A DNA stretch of 64,000 nucleotides, from the IMG/VR virus record IMGVR_UViG_3300048924_000191, positions 1 through 64,000 of that record. One strand, given 5' to 3'. Shown piece by piece: positions 9,412 through 19,637 of this stretch; position 1 is the first letter of the stretch, and each line of letters opens with the position of its first letter. Origin of the DNA: a virus. The notes below the pieces were generated by a model. That model had not been told where the DNA came from and searched no databases. It was given only the letters and a program-made list of their open reading frames with translations. Position numbers and translations under genes: made by a program.

Positions 9412-9594
9412 TCAAATACCAAGCCACGCGGTTAACCCATACTTGATGGCGATATCCTCGAAAGTCCACGCGCAACCAACCGCTACAAATGCCGACAGGT
9501 AGAACCGACACAACCAGTCGTTGGGTTTGCACATCGATGGGACTACGAAGAACCAACCAAAGGCCAAGAACATAGTGATCAATGCAAACTTCAT
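9412..9594 (-). CDS. small membrane protein (60 aa, 2 predicted TM segments)
   Basis: ORF track. Its ATG overlaps the stop of the ATPase gene (ATGA). Hydrophobic stretches: FALITMFLAFGWFFVV and FYLSAFVAVGCAW. Confidence 0.5.
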   Translation of the reverse strand: MKFALITMFLAFGWFFVVPSMCKPNDWLCRFYLSAFVAVGCAWTFEDIAIKYGLTAWLGI

Positions 9595-12029
9595 GAGAAC
9601 TCCACATGTTGATTGTAGGTGTGCGGAAAGTTGATATTGCGGTCATCGAGGATGATGATCTCAGCACCCGGGAACGCAGTCTGCCCATCTAAGCTGTGAC
9701 TGATGATCAACACTTGCGAGAAGCGAGGATTGTCAATCAGGCTCTTCAGGAACGGAATCAGGTTCTGTCGGTGAGCGGCGTCGAACGTACCACCGAGCTC
9801 ATCGATCCACAGTGGGTAGTCAGTCAGGTCCATGCATTCATAGCCAGTCAGACGCATCGACTGATTGACGATGTCCTTTACGCTGGTACTACCTGCACTG
9901 ATATCTGGACGTGGCGTATCCCCAACGATCATCGGGAACTTGTAGTCAACTTCCGTCTCACCCGGTTCCCCAGCTTCGATGTGAAGTGAGTAACCCCAGA
10001 CCGATTCGATCACGTTGTTTGCACAACCCAGAATACGACCCAGTTGGTTCTGGATGTGTTCTGCGATCAGACCGTTTTTCGGAGACATGGCCGCAACCAG
10101 ACCGTCGTAACCTTCCTGCCGAACGAGCGCCTGCTTGAGTTTGTTCTCCAAGTCCTTAGCCAAGGTCTCGTAGGTTTCATTCTCATTGAGTGCAGCTTCA
10201 TGGATACCCAAGGTGACTTTCGTCTTCCTGATGAGTTCCATGATGGCGTGGTCACCTTGCAGGTTCATGTAGTCGATCAGTTTACCGCGCAGTGATTCGT
10301 ACGCACGTTCACAGTCTTCGACCTTACGTTCCCACTCAACCATCTTGAAGTAAGCTGTCTCGATACGAGCCTTGCGACGCTTCGCATCTCCAACTCGAGC
10401 GAACAACAAGTTGTACTCAGCCAATGCAGCATCGTAGTCAGCAAACGCACCTGCCAACTCACCAGCCTCAAGCTTCATGTTACGCAGCGCATTCTCGAGT
10501 GTGGTGATGTTACTTTCCAAACGTTGACGTTTAGCCGCTACGGTGACGTCGCCTTCGTAGATAGCAAACTTCGACAGAATCTCTTTGCCGAGGTCTTTCC
10601 ACCCGAACCGATCGAAGAACGAGAACAGACCACTGTACGTGCTGCTGTAACGATCCCTGAACTCATCCAGACGACGATACGCATTCAAGACAGCTACCAT
10701 GTCGCTCAGCTCTTCTTCGAGCTTACGCACTCGCATGGACTCGCTCTCTGCCAGCGCCTCGCCCTGATTGATCCGAGCTTGCAGTGCTTCCAACTCACCC
10801 GGCTTGATGCCTGGCTTGAAGCGACTGTGGCAATCAGGACATTCCACTTCTTCGCACTTGTGGATGTAGTCAGCATTCTGCTTGAGCGACTCAAGCAAAC
10901 CGACAATCTTGCCAAGACGGATCTCAGCCTGATGGATGGTTTCTTGCTTAGACGTAGCATCGGCTTCTGCTGGTTTCTCAGACGGAAGATCGGCGATAAT
11001 CCACCGAAGATCGTTTGCGATCTGAGAGGCAGGGATCAACAGCGACTCATGGATACCCGTACGCAATGTAGGTACCTCTGAGAGCTCCTCTCGCAGCCGT
11101 GCTAGCTCGTTCTCGATCGTCTCAGGGGAGACTTCGGTCAGAGCCGCTGCACGCCCTTTACGCTGCTCGCAGTCGGTCAGTCGTTGAGCACGTACATTGA
11201 GCTCGCCTTGCAGGGTATTGAGTTGAGCCTCAGCATCGGCCTTGAACTGAATCAGCTGATCCATACCCAAAGCCCCTTCAGTCTTCGGATACTCACAATC
11301 GAGGAACATGGCGATACTGTCGATGGTCCTTTCCAGATCCGACAACAGCTCGAACGGGTCACGCTCATCGGCATTGGACTTGGGTTCCATCATGAGCATG
11401 TCGAGGGTATCGTGCAGCTCTTTGGCTTTTGCTCGCATTGAAGCGATATCGTCAGGGTCCATCATCCGACGTTTAGCTTCAGCCAGCTCACTACGCAGAT
11501 ACTCGACAATCTTGTCGGTAGCGTTAGCCTGACGCTTGTAGTGGTTGTAGCGATCGAAAGCGTAGGTGAAGTCTTGCTCGCTGAACTTAGCGATCCAGTG
11601 CTGACGACGTTTGGCTTCCATCGCAGTGAACCGCGACTTCTCCTGACCGGTCAAGAACGCGTGCAGATCACGATCGTAACCACCAAGATACTGTTTGATC
11701 AGCTCCAACTGAACGGTGATGGTACCACCGCGGTTAAGGTTCTCCCCACCGTCGACGCTGAAGGTATAACGGTTCTTGTCACCGTACTCAGCAGTCTCGT
11801 GATAGTGACGGCCTTTGTGGTGGAACTTGACCGACCAGAAACCCGGCTTATCAAAGTTGTGAGGATCTGGTGGGATAGGAGAGAAACCCAACTCCAGCAG
11901 ACTGCTCTTACCGCTACTGTTAGTGCCCAGCACCATTTGAACCCGAGAGGTAGGACGAATAACAACTCGTTCCTTACCGTTAAGCGCTGTACGGTTACAA
12001 CGCTCAAGAATAATTTCTTCGTAAAACAC
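9591..12029 (-). CDS. Rad50/SbcC-like SMC-family ATPase with CxxC hook (812 aa)
   Basis: Walker A GTNSSGKSSLLE near the N-terminus. Long charged, coiled-coil-like middle containing ECPDCHSRF (zinc-hook-like CxxC). C-terminal Walker B and D-loop: PLWIDELGGTFD ... VLIISHS. GTG start with GGAG upstream. No SbcD/Mre11 gene is adjacent. Confidence 0.7.
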   Translation of the reverse strand: MFYEEIILERCNRTALNGKERVVIRPTSRVQMVLGTNSSGKSSLLELGFSPIPPDPHNFDKPGFWSVKFHHKGRHYHETAEYGDKNRYTFSVDGGENLNRGGTITVQLELIKQYLGGYDRDLHAFLTGQEKSRFTAMEAKRRQHWIAKFSEQDFTYAFDRYNHYKRQANATDKIVEYLRSELAEAKRRMMDPDDIASMRAKAKELHDTLDMLMMEPKSNADERDPFELLSDLERTIDSIAMFLDCEYPKTEGALGMDQLIQFKADAEAQLNTLQGELNVRAQRLTDCEQRKGRAAALTEVSPETIENELARLREELSEVPTLRTGIHESLLIPASQIANDLRWIIADLPSEKPAEADATSKQETIHQAEIRLGKIVGLLESLKQNADYIHKCEEVECPDCHSRFKPGIKPGELEALQARINQGEALAESESMRVRKLEEELSDMVAVLNAYRRLDEFRDRYSSTYSGLFSFFDRFGWKDLGKEILSKFAIYEGDVTVAAKRQRLESNITTLENALRNMKLEAGELAGAFADYDAALAEYNLLFARVGDAKRRKARIETAYFKMVEWERKVEDCERAYESLRGKLIDYMNLQGDHAIMELIRKTKVTLGIHEAALNENETYETLAKDLENKLKQALVRQEGYDGLVAAMSPKNGLIAEHIQNQLGRILGCANNVIESVWGYSLHIEAGEPGETEVDYKFPMIVGDTPRPDISAGSTSVKDIVNQSMRLTGYECMDLTDYPLWIDELGGTFDAAHRQNLIPFLKSLIDNPRFSQVLIISHSLDGQTAFPGAEIIILDDRNINFPHTYNQHVEFS

Positions 12030-12095
12030 GATGCTTCTCCGTGAGAGCCCTGTACTATATGAAGTTTCATTAACAAATAACCGAGGGAGATCCTG

Positions 12096-12968
12096 ATGGA
12101 CGCATCGGTGTTCAAGAAAGTGGCTATCGGGGTTGTTGCTGAAAACATCGAGGTGAAGTCGGGGACTGCCATCAACAACACCGTACGTGTGACACCCACA
12201 GAGTGGTTGTCGATGCGCGATGGTGAGTTGGCTAACAACCCTACCCCCATGACCTACAAGTCGCAGGACGCGCAGGGTGTGGAGACTCAGGGTGGGTTCA
12301 TCACCAACAACACGATCCCGTGCGAATGGTTACCTGCCGGCGCTAACCGGTTGACACCTCCAACGGTACGACGCGGTATGCGGGTGGAGCTATTCCAGAC
12401 TGCGGACGAGGCAAAGTACTACTGGCGTTACCTGGGTCTCGACGATCACTTGATGAAACTCGAAACCATCATCTTCGGTATCTCGGCTAACACCACCGAG
12501 CAGAAGCCTGGTGAGAAGATGCCGCTTGACCCCAAGAGCATGTATTGGTTCGAGATGTCCAGTCATTCGAAGAAGGTTGCGCTGCAGACATCTAAGGTCA
12601 GTGGTGAGTTCTGCTCGTACGAAATGTTCTTCGATCTGGCGGGCGGTGAGTTCAGTGTTAACGATGACCTCGGTAACTGGATGCTCCTGAACAGTAAGAA
12701 CCACCTGATTCATCTTCAGAACCAGGATGGTACCTTCGTCAAGTTAGACAAGAAGAATATCGAGATGTTCGCCCCACAGGACATCAATGCCAAGGCAACG
12801 CAGAACGTCAACGTTGAAGCGGGGAAAGATGTCAACATCAAGGCAGGTACCAACATCAATGCCAAGGCTGGCACTCAAGCCATGGTAGATGGTGGTGGTA
12901 GTGTGCTGACGCTACAAGGCGGCGGTACTACGCTCAAAACTCCACAGTTCGATATCACGACGGGGTAA
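12096..12968 (+). CDS. baseplate central spike protein (gpV/gp5/VgrG-like)
   Basis: The C-terminal repeats NVNVEAGKDVNIKAGTNINAKAGTQAMVDGGGSVLTLQGGGTTL are typical of a spike beta-helix. A PAAR-like gene follows directly. RBS GAGGGAG. Confidence 0.6.
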   Translation: MDASVFKKVAIGVVAENIEVKSGTAINNTVRVTPTEWLSMRDGELANNPTPMTYKSQDAQGVETQGGFITNNTIPCEWLPAGANRLTPPTVRRGMRVELFQTADEAKYYWRYLGLDDHLMKLETIIFGISANTTEQKPGEKMPLDPKSMYWFEMSSHSKKVALQTSKVSGEFCSYEMFFDLAGGEFSVNDDLGNWMLLNSKNHLIHLQNQDGTFVKLDKKNIEMFAPQDINAKATQNVNVEAGKDVNIKAGTNINAKAGTQAMVDGGGSVLTLQGGGTTLKTPQFDITTG

Positions 12969-12973
12969 TCGAA

Positions 12974-13243
12974 ATGTCTCTTCCAGTCTCGCTTGTCGGT
13001 ATGTCTCAAGCCGGTGGTGTGATCATGGGTCCTGGTGCAGTGCAGGTGCGCGTCAATGGTCTCCCAATATCGTTAGTCGGTGATGACGTCGCCAGTCACG
13101 GGCCGGGCATTCACCAAGGTCCAAAGATGGTTCAAGGCTCAGCCATGTTCCGTATCAACGGGATAGCGGTTGTCAGAACCACCAGTCTGGCGTCCTGTGG
13201 GCACGACGCAAACGGTTTCCCTAACGTTACCGTAGCGATATAG
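12974..13243 (+). CDS. PAAR-like spike tip protein (89 aa)
   Basis: Two PAAR-type segments: VRVNGLPISLVGDDVASHGPG and FRINGIAVVRTTSLASCGH. Small size and position directly after the spike gene. Confidence 0.6.
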   Translation: MSLPVSLVGMSQAGGVIMGPGAVQVRVNGLPISLVGDDVASHGPGIHQGPKMVQGSAMFRINGIAVVRTTSLASCGHDANGFPNVTVAI

Positions 13244-13249
13244 CCGCGA

Positions 13250-13281
13250 CATACAGCCGGGGCCAGTGCCCCGGCTGTATG
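13250..13281. terminator. bidirectional hairpin, copy 2 of the repeated element
   Basis: catacagccggggc cagt gccccggctgtatg, between stop 13243(+) and stop 13285(-). Confidence 0.7.
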
Positions 13282-13284
13282 CTG

Positions 13285-14559
13285 TCATTGCTCGATGTAC
13301 TCCGTCCCCATCTCCAACAGATACGCACTGGCGTAGAAGGTCGGGAAGCTCGACTCTCTCGCCGAGTTGACGTAGTTGTCTTCCTTTGCGTAAGGTCGAG
13401 TGTCGTGCGCCCAACGGTTAACCAGGTTCTTGTCGATCGAGATCACGAATTCACCATGGTCATCGTACGACACGTACTCTGGCAGAAAACCGTTCTCCAG
13501 CTGAAGCGGATACTTCGGTTGAGCGTGGTAGGTGTAGCGTCCAGCCAGACCGGTTTGCTCCAAGCCAATACGATCGCAGAAGAAGTTCTCGGCCTCAAGG
13601 AGGATGATGAACGACTGAGGGAGCTTGAGGATCGCACGTACCGCAGCATCGGAGTTGACGCGGTTCATGTCCATTGCGTCACCATGGATGCTCGGCGTAT
13701 CCAGGTGTTCTTCCACAGACGACATGTCGATGAACGGCTTGACGTTGTAGAACATGTCCATCAGTGGCAGCTTCCACCACTCGAGCATTATGTCGTGATC
13801 GCCCCGCACCGAATACTTCTCGTTGTTGAAGTGCAGGATACCCATCATCGAGATCAGCACGACTTTATCAGTCAGGTCGATGTCAGGCATGCTGAGCAGG
13901 ACACCACGACGCAACGGGTAATCGTTGTTCATGCTGTCTTTACCGATCGGACGAATCATCTCGTCAGTGATCGGATGGAAACTCATCTTGCCGACAGAAA
14001 GGAAGCTGTGCAGACCCAGCTGATTGCGGTTGGCGTAATGGATACTGCGTCCACCGCCTTTGATGACCACGCCTCTCGACGAATAGTCTGTGATATGGCA
14101 AAGGCCATTTACGGTGAACAGACCGTGTTCGTACAACTCTTTGTAGTCGCAACCTTCACGGGTAACGCGCAGGTCAGTGAGTTCTGCATCGAGCAGCAGG
14201 TTACCGTCACCGGACCATGGGTGGACTTTCTGTACATCGTACTTGGCAACCAGCAGGTCGCGATACTTCACCACACCGGCAGTGGCTTTGACGACGGTTT
14301 CGGAGATCGGTAGTGTCTTGTTGCCGTTGGCTTCCAACCATGCATCGACAGTCGTCGATGGATTGAGTTTGAAGATGATGTCGCTGACATCAGCCAGGTT
14401 CAGACTGACCTCGGTGGCGAACACGGGGTTCGACAGGATCAGGTGCACCACAGCGTAGTCGGTAAGCAATTCACGCAGTGGGGCGTGGTTGACTTGCGTC
14501 TCGATCAGCCGCTGATTCACGCCATAGCGGCGCACTAACGCTCGTTCGCACGTATACAT
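13285..14559 (-). CDS. hypothetical protein (424 aa), lone reverse-strand gene inside the baseplate/tail region
   Basis: ORF track. The opposite-strand ORF 13279..14313 has antisense-type composition (V/R/H/L rich). A hairpin lies at its 3' end and a divergent spacer at its 5' end. Confidence 0.65.
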   Translation of the reverse strand: MYTCERALVRRYGVNQRLIETQVNHAPLRELLTDYAVVHLILSNPVFATEVSLNLADVSDIIFKLNPSTTVDAWLEANGNKTLPISETVVKATAGVVKYRDLLVAKYDVQKVHPWSGDGNLLLDAELTDLRVTREGCDYKELYEHGLFTVNGLCHITDYSSRGVVIKGGGRSIHYANRNQLGLHSFLSVGKMSFHPITDEMIRPIGKDSMNNDYPLRRGVLLSMPDIDLTDKVVLISMMGILHFNNEKYSVRGDHDIMLEWWKLPLMDMFYNVKPFIDMSSVEEHLDTPSIHGDAMDMNRVNSDAAVRAILKLPQSFIILLEAENFFCDRIGLEQTGLAGRYTYHAQPKYPLQLENGFLPEYVSYDDHGEFVISIDKNLVNRWAHDTRPYAKEDNYVNSARESSFPTFYASAYLLEMGTEYIEQ

Positions 14560-14633
14560 CCCAGCACCTCGTTGGAAAATGATATGCTCGGCGTCCTAGA
14601 CGCCCAGTCTCATATTTTTAGTGGAGTCTTGTA

Positions 14634-16016
14634 ATGACTGACCCAATCCTCGAATACCTGTACCCGGAGGACATCACGGGTGCGGCCACAACCAACAAGG
14701 TAGGGCCGGAAAAACAAACGCTGAACCCGCCTGAAGAAGAGCTGGATTTCCACTGGATCATTCCGAAGGCAACCCCGTTCTTCCGCGACACCATGAAGCT
14801 GTTCGACGTTGCGACCGGTCGTGAGCTGATCCGCGGTACGGATTGGGCACCAGGTCACAAGTTCAACTCCGCTTCGTACGAACTCCAAGGCATCAAAGGT
14901 GGCGTGTACGGCTCCATCTTGTTCTACGACAAGACCCGTGGTGGTCAAGTCGAGTTGCGCGAATACCAGACCCTCGGCGGTAACTGGACGCTCAACGAAA
15001 CCAAGATCCTGGAGATGCTCGACGCCAAGGCTATCGACCCTCGTTTCGTTACCTACGAGGAAGTCAATGGCAAGCCGGAAGTCTTCCCGCCGATCGAACA
15101 CAACCACCCGGCAGATGACCTCACCGGGATGCGTGAGCAAGTGGAGGCCACCTACGACATCGCCGCTGCGATCCGTCAGCGCACTGAAGACTGGTTGGCT
15201 AACCCACCGATCCTGATGTCGCAATACTTCACCAAGGACGAAATCACTGTCCGTGAGATGGAGTCTCGAGAAACGGCGTACCAGTACACCGACATGCCGG
15301 CACTGGCTTTGCCTTTCCCAGAAACCAACACCAGCGGTGGCAGTCACGTAGCGACTTCCCTCGGTCTGGCTGAAACAGGTACTGGCGGTACGCTGCGCGT
15401 CGCTGCGGGGCTGAACATCAGTGTTGGTCAACAGATCAACGGTTTGGCTCGTTGCCGTACTCGTCAGTTCACCACGACGTTGTGGAACAGCCAGAGCCTC
15501 GAGACCAACTCGACGTACTATCTCCGGGCTACGGTCAGCGATATCGGCAGTCTGCTGCTCTACACTCAGAAGGGCGCAGACAACAACCCGATTCCGAGTA
15601 CCCTGAAAGGTACTCCGAACGCACAAACCGGTGGAGGCTTCGACAGTACGCAGCTCGACATGCTGTTGGCCAAGGTCGTTACTGGCGCCGTGGGTAGCGT
15701 TCCAGTTGTGACCAACCTCGCTAACGCCAAGGACCTGCTGACGGCCGTCACAGCGACTGGTGCGGCTACTGTCGATGGGGCCAACGCGGCTACCTATAGC
15801 GCAACCTTCGCACTGAACTGGGGTCGTAAGTACAACGATCACAGCATCTACGCGGTGGTCATTCAGAACAACTCAACGGTGCTGGTCGATGGTGGCGCTA
15901 ACTACGGTCGGACTGTTGTAGGCGATCGTTATTCCGTGACGGTGGGTGTCTCGACCAACTGGCAGCAGCCGCCATCGAGTCCAACTGGCACTATCACCGC
16001 TACCTTCCGCGGCTAA
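14634..16016 (+). CDS. tail fibre/baseplate-associated protein (460 aa)
   Basis: ORF track, GGAG RBS. The segment PPIEHNHPADDLTGMREQVEATYDIAAAIRQR is paralogous to one in the next gene. Confidence 0.6.
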   Translation: MTDPILEYLYPEDITGAATTNKVGPEKQTLNPPEEELDFHWIIPKATPFFRDTMKLFDVATGRELIRGTDWAPGHKFNSASYELQGIKGGVYGSILFYDKTRGGQVELREYQTLGGNWTLNETKILEMLDAKAIDPRFVTYEEVNGKPEVFPPIEHNHPADDLTGMREQVEATYDIAAAIRQRTEDWLANPPILMSQYFTKDEITVREMESRETAYQYTDMPALALPFPETNTSGGSHVATSLGLAETGTGGTLRVAAGLNISVGQQINGLARCRTRQFTTTLWNSQSLETNSTYYLRATVSDIGSLLLYTQKGADNNPIPSTLKGTPNAQTGGGFDSTQLDMLLAKVVTGAVGSVPVVTNLANAKDLLTAVTATGAATVDGANAATYSATFALNWGRKYNDHSIYAVVIQNNSTVLVDGGANYGRTVVGDRYSVTVGVSTNWQQPPSSPTGTITATFRG

Positions 16017-16031
16017 TAAAGGCGAGTCGAA

Positions 16032-16679
16032 ATGTCTGACATTATCTTCAAGTACCCGCTCGACCTGGCCTTGGATGGGATCTACAATCCCAATAACAAG
16101 GTCAAGGATGAAGAGCACACCATCGGCAACACTCGTGCGCGACTGTTCGCCGCTGACTACGGACCGTTCTACGGCACTACGGTGGCGATGCGCGATGCCG
16201 TCACGGGTTACGAGCTCAAAGACGGGGATTACCGTCTCCTGCATCCGTACCGTGAAGCGCGGGAACGTACTGGTCAGGCTGTCTACGCTGCCGTACAAAT
16301 CCTCAACGCTGACGTGGGGCCGAAGATCCTCTTCACTGCACAGATGGTCGGTGGTGAGTTCTCCTTCTCCACCTACGCCATCAAGCAGGCAATCACTGAA
16401 CTGCTGGCTGACGACCGCCCTATCTATTACGGCGATCTGGTCGGTATCCCATCGCAGTTCGTTCCTGCGCCGCACCTACACAGCGCCTATGACCTCTACG
16501 GCATGAAGGCGATTGTAGAAGCGACCTACGATGTGGCAGCGGCGGTCCGCGAAGGTGACCTGGCTTCTCGTCAACTACTCCTACAGCAGGTCGGCAGTAA
16601 GTTTGATGCGATCGATCAGTTCTGCATGGGTATCTCGGATCAGTTCCGAATCGCTGCGAATGAACTGGCTCTGCTGTAA
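16032..16679 (+). CDS. tail fibre-associated protein (215 aa), paralogous segment with 14634..16016
   Basis: PAPHLHSAYDLYGMKAIVEATYDVAAAVREG matches the HNHPADDLTGM...VEATYDIAAAIR segment of the upstream protein. Confidence 0.6.
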   Translation: MSDIIFKYPLDLALDGIYNPNNKVKDEEHTIGNTRARLFAADYGPFYGTTVAMRDAVTGYELKDGDYRLLHPYREARERTGQAVYAAVQILNADVGPKILFTAQMVGGEFSFSTYAIKQAITELLADDRPIYYGDLVGIPSQFVPAPHLHSAYDLYGMKAIVEATYDVAAAVREGDLASRQLLLQQVGSKFDAIDQFCMGISDQFRIAANELALL

Positions 16680-16701
16680 CCCTTAAAGGAAAATATCCGT
16701 C

Positions 16702-19635
16702 ATGTCGAAACCCTCCAGTACGATTATCGCAGAGGCTCTTGCGGAACTCGGCGGTGAGATGAGGCACTTCAAAGAAGAGCTGATCCTCGCCCTCGACAAA
16801 CCCACCGACTTTGCGGACTATGCTTTCTCGGCTGACACGCTGGAGGGCAAGACCCCTGCACAGATTCAGCAATTGCTGCTGGATGAAGTCACCAAACACA
16901 CCAGTAAGCTCGGTGTAAACGTCCACGGTATCAACGGCAATCAGGTCGGTAGTTACACCGGCCAAGAGTTCGAAGATCGACTGGACATGCTGATGGATAC
17001 TGAATCCGGCGTTCCGTTGGACTTCTACGGTGACCGTGAGTTCCTTCCGCCGTCAATTACCGGTTCCTTCGAGTCAGGCAGTAACACCACCCCTTGGGGT
17101 ATGGTGGCGATGATGTTGGAAGACAACGGTACGCTGATGGTATTGCGTACCGGTACGGACGGCGACACGGCGGGCTTGTTCTACTCGTATCTGCGCAATG
17201 CTCAGACCGAGACGGACATTGGCAACATCATCATGTCGAACGTACAGTACGAACCAGCCTTCATTCCCGCCGGCATGAAGTGCTTTGCGATCGTCCACGG
17301 TAGTCAGGACATTATCGTGGGTATTGTGGTCGACAAGGTGACCTTGGCCCGCACGGGTTACTTCGTCTCCGTCACGAACAACACGATGGACCACACCAAG
17401 CACACCGGAGTGTTCGTTCCTAACGGTTCGATCTTTGACGTCAAGTTTCACCAGACGTGGTCCTCGTCGATGGTCGGTGGTGTGACTGGCTACATCAAGA
17501 ACGGATGGTGCTATTTCCTCTGCAACCTCGATGTAGTCAATCAGTTCGGCTGGCGTGTGTGGAGAATCCCGGTAGCCAATCTGATCGCCGGTGTTTGGGG
17601 TGGTGTCGAGCAGGTTACTGGCTGGACGATCAACCGTGGGGGCGCCGGTGTGGTTTCGAGAAGCGACCTTGTCCTGTTCGACAACGTTCAGGACGCGTTT
17701 GCTCAGATTGGTAGTGCGCACATCAATCAGATCCCTGCGGCGGCATCGCCAGGTGTATTCCCGATGGTCCGTGAAGATGGTCGGGTCATCGTGATGCAAC
17801 AGAAATACTGGCAATACATCCCAACCGATCAGCGTGCTCAGCAGCAGGGGTTCGTGGGTTCGTGGACTATTGAGATCCCCGATAACAAAGTCATCGACTG
17901 TGCCAAGTACCACAACCAGAAAGTCGTCAGCACGTATGTCAGCGGTGTCGGTTTCTCCATCGGCGTCTGCCCTGCATGGGTTGGGGATTCCTACAATGCG
18001 TGGATGCGGTATGCCGGTGGTCAGGCTTGCGGTTCTTGGTACACGACCAAGTTCAATCAGATGTGGATGTGGGGGACGACAACTTACTACTCGAGTCGAG
18101 TCCTCTATCGTCTCCCCGGCCCTGATATCAATCAGGACCCGCTGGATTATTTCCAGATGCGGACAGGGGTTGGTCCTGGAGTACAGGGCGTCAACATCTC
18201 CGGGCGTCACGGATCGGCCTTGACCGTTGCCTTCCACTGCATCGGCAACATCGGTGATTTCCAGCTGACTGCGAAGAACTACATCAAACCGCTTGGGAAA
18301 CCATACGGCGACTACGCGGTTCGAGCGTTGATCACAGGTGAACCGACTTATCAGTACTCGTCGGTATCTGGCAAGTACGCGTACCGAGGTTTTGCTCCAA
18401 CTATCCAGCGTTATACCTTCGAAGAGCTCGGCGCTAGTGACATCACGGCAATCGTGATGTTGAACGAAGGACATTCTGGTGCGGAATGGCAAAGTCACGG
18501 GCGTTTCACGAAGAACACCGGTCAGTGGATCAAGGCAGGAAAGATCAATCCCGATCTGACTGTCTCTGGGGCGATCATCACCACTGGCGACTGCATGGAG
18601 TCGATCAACCAACAGATCTACAACGATCTGGTCTCCAAAGGCGTTACGTTCTACGGTGATCGCAACACATCGATGTGCTTTGAGCTGAACGTTCCTCAGA
18701 TGTACACCGATATGCCTCCGTTTGTCTTCGGTACGTATATCTCGGCAGACCAGTCAATCACCAACTTTGTCTACAGTTGTGCAATCACCGTAGGTAATCG
18801 TCAATCGATCAGTGCTGTGGCTATTCAGCCATCGACTCTGGCAAGGGCGATCGGATGGCAGGGCACAGGGCTTTCCGTAACGCCTATGGAAAACTGCGGG
18901 CAAAATGCGATCCGTCGTGTTAATGGTGGTTTTGTGGTTGGTGTGGTTCCGGCAAGTATTATCACCGTGGTCGGTGACGCTGAAACGTCTATCAACCTGT
19001 TGACGTATAACGGCACATGGGCGTTTCGAGGGACACCGGTCTGGAACCACTGGCAGGTTGCTCCGATGGGTTGGATTAACTTCCCTTCCCGTGGGCTGTA
19101 TTGGGGATTGTGCTCGGAGTTCATTCGTGGAGAAATCGACTGCGGGAGTAAACTACTCGGCGTGTTGATGGCAACTACCGACATGAACACCAGGACGATG
19201 GATAACGGTTACCCGTTGTTCCAGGACGGCAACAACTGTATCGTTCTCGTGTCTCAGAAAACGGTATCGGCCTGGACGATCTACTTCTCTGACCCGACAC
19301 CTGCCATGCTGGACGGCACTTATCAAGTCATCGCGAATACGACTTACGAGTTGAACCCCGCGGTCGATGCGAACAAGACGTTTTACATGTGGATCGTTAA
19401 AGTGAATGGCGTGCTGTCGTACCGCGTTATTCCTCAGAGTGCGGCTGCTCCAACCGGTGTGCAAGCTTCTTTGTATCTCGGTTACTTGACGACCACTGGG
19501 GCTGGTATCCAGAAGGTGGTGGCTGAGAAACGTGTAGCTGTCGGCGGTAACGTTCTGGCTCGTGCTTCTCAAGGGTCCGGTATTCCGCTCACCTCCGGTA
19601 CTCCGAACACTTACGGGCGCCTCAACTGGAAATAA
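16702..19635 (+). CDS. large tail fibre / receptor-binding protein (977 aa)
   Basis: The N-terminal SADTLEGKTPAQIQQLL...HTSKLGVNVHGINGNQVGSYT resembles the common tail-fibre motif (DxxTLxGK ... NPH ... QVG). The long C-terminal part is rich in G/W/Y/T. Confidence 0.65.
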   Translation: MSKPSSTIIAEALAELGGEMRHFKEELILALDKPTDFADYAFSADTLEGKTPAQIQQLLLDEVTKHTSKLGVNVHGINGNQVGSYTGQEFEDRLDMLMDTESGVPLDFYGDREFLPPSITGSFESGSNTTPWGMVAMMLEDNGTLMVLRTGTDGDTAGLFYSYLRNAQTETDIGNIIMSNVQYEPAFIPAGMKCFAIVHGSQDIIVGIVVDKVTLARTGYFVSVTNNTMDHTKHTGVFVPNGSIFDVKFHQTWSSSMVGGVTGYIKNGWCYFLCNLDVVNQFGWRVWRIPVANLIAGVWGGVEQVTGWTINRGGAGVVSRSDLVLFDNVQDAFAQIGSAHINQIPAAASPGVFPMVREDGRVIVMQQKYWQYIPTDQRAQQQGFVGSWTIEIPDNKVIDCAKYHNQKVVSTYVSGVGFSIGVCPAWVGDSYNAWMRYAGGQACGSWYTTKFNQMWMWGTTTYYSSRVLYRLPGPDINQDPLDYFQMRTGVGPGVQGVNISGRHGSALTVAFHCIGNIGDFQLTAKNYIKPLGKPYGDYAVRALITGEPTYQYSSVSGKYAYRGFAPTIQRYTFEELGASDITAIVMLNEGHSGAEWQSHGRFTKNTGQWIKAGKINPDLTVSGAIITTGDCMESINQQIYNDLVSKGVTFYGDRNTSMCFELNVPQMYTDMPPFVFGTYISADQSITNFVYSCAITVGNRQSISAVAIQPSTLARAIGWQGTGLSVTPMENCGQNAIRRVNGGFVVGVVPASIITVVGDAETSINLLTYNGTWAFRGTPVWNHWQVAPMGWINFPSRGLYWGLCSEFIRGEIDCGSKLLGVLMATTDMNTRTMDNGYPLFQDGNNCIVLVSQKTVSAWTIYFSDPTPAMLDGTYQVIANTTYELNPAVDANKTFYMWIVKVNGVLSYRVIPQSAAAPTGVQASLYLGYLTTTGAGIQKVVAEKRVAVGGNVLARASQGSGIPLTSGTPNTYGRLNWK

Positions 19636-19637
19636 CC

